From assembly GCF_006345805.1 (NCBI RefSeq), contig NC_043026.1, positions 3,348,001 to 3,412,000 of the forward strand: DNA of 64,000 bases. The letters are read 5' to 3'. Below, piece after piece: positions 63,591 to 64,000 of this stretch. A model generated the notes under the pieces. The model was not told the origin of the DNA. It saw nothing but the letters and a program-made list of their open reading frames with translations, and did no database searches. The stretch comes from Octopus sinensis (taxonomy: Eukaryota). Numbering within the stretch: the first letter of the stretch is position 1; the number at the start of each line of letters is the position of its first letter. Made by a program: the position numbers and the translations under genes.

Positions 63591-64000
63591 GATCGACTTC
63601 AATTTTGGTTCTGATTTCTGATTTCCACTTGCCTCAACGGAATGTCATGTAATTTTGTTTCATTTTTATTCTTCTACTTTTAATTCGAATTATATCCCAA
63701 TGTGAATGGCATTATCCATTGGCAACTTTCTGTCTTTACGGCTATGACAGCAGAATGGTATGTCAGTTGCAAATTTACTGTTAAATTAGCAGTTCATACA
63801 AATGCTTGTATTTGGTTAATTTGATTGATTGATTGATTGATTCTAGTTTCAGCTTATGAGCTGTGGCCATGCTGGGGCACCGCCATTATATTTGTTTATA
63901 TTTGGTTAATATTTGTGGCACTCTGTCAGGACAAGAGTTCCAGTTGATCCGATCAACGAAACAGCCTGCCCATGGAATTGACATGCAAGTGGCTAAGCAC

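Overview
AT-rich, repeat-dense animal genomic DNA with one 100-N assembly gap. The SINE families and the tandem KRAB-less C2H2 zinc-finger genes point to an octopus/coleoid cephalopod; this is inferred from repeat and gene style, not from a database search. The left half (1-34.7 kb) is mostly decayed transposons: hAT, Tc1/mariner, a Gypsy element nested inside a mariner, Tx1-, Hero-, RTE-, CR1- and Penelope-like pieces, and many SINEs. It also holds one unexplained intact ORF (19770-20318) encoding an acidic protein with an 11-residue repeat and synonymous codon variation between units. The right half holds three paralogous C2H2-ZNF genes: + 36868-38190 (15 fingers), - 43853-44924 (12 fingers, two identical-context frameshifts) and + 54810-55925 (12 fingers). 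All three share an architecture readable from sequence: an NRF1-like TGCGCAYGCG motif, a short non-coding exon 1, an intron-1 element and an identical splice acceptor. The intron-1 element is single-copy in one paralog and expanded to 16-20-copy 52-bp arrays in the other two. The intron of the third gene carries a 1.9-kb foldback element and a 230-bp near-perfect palindrome. The window ends in a SINE-bounded ~2.1-2.4 kb tandem duplication containing a 145-bp hairpin. Family names for repeats are by motif recall and need library confirmation.
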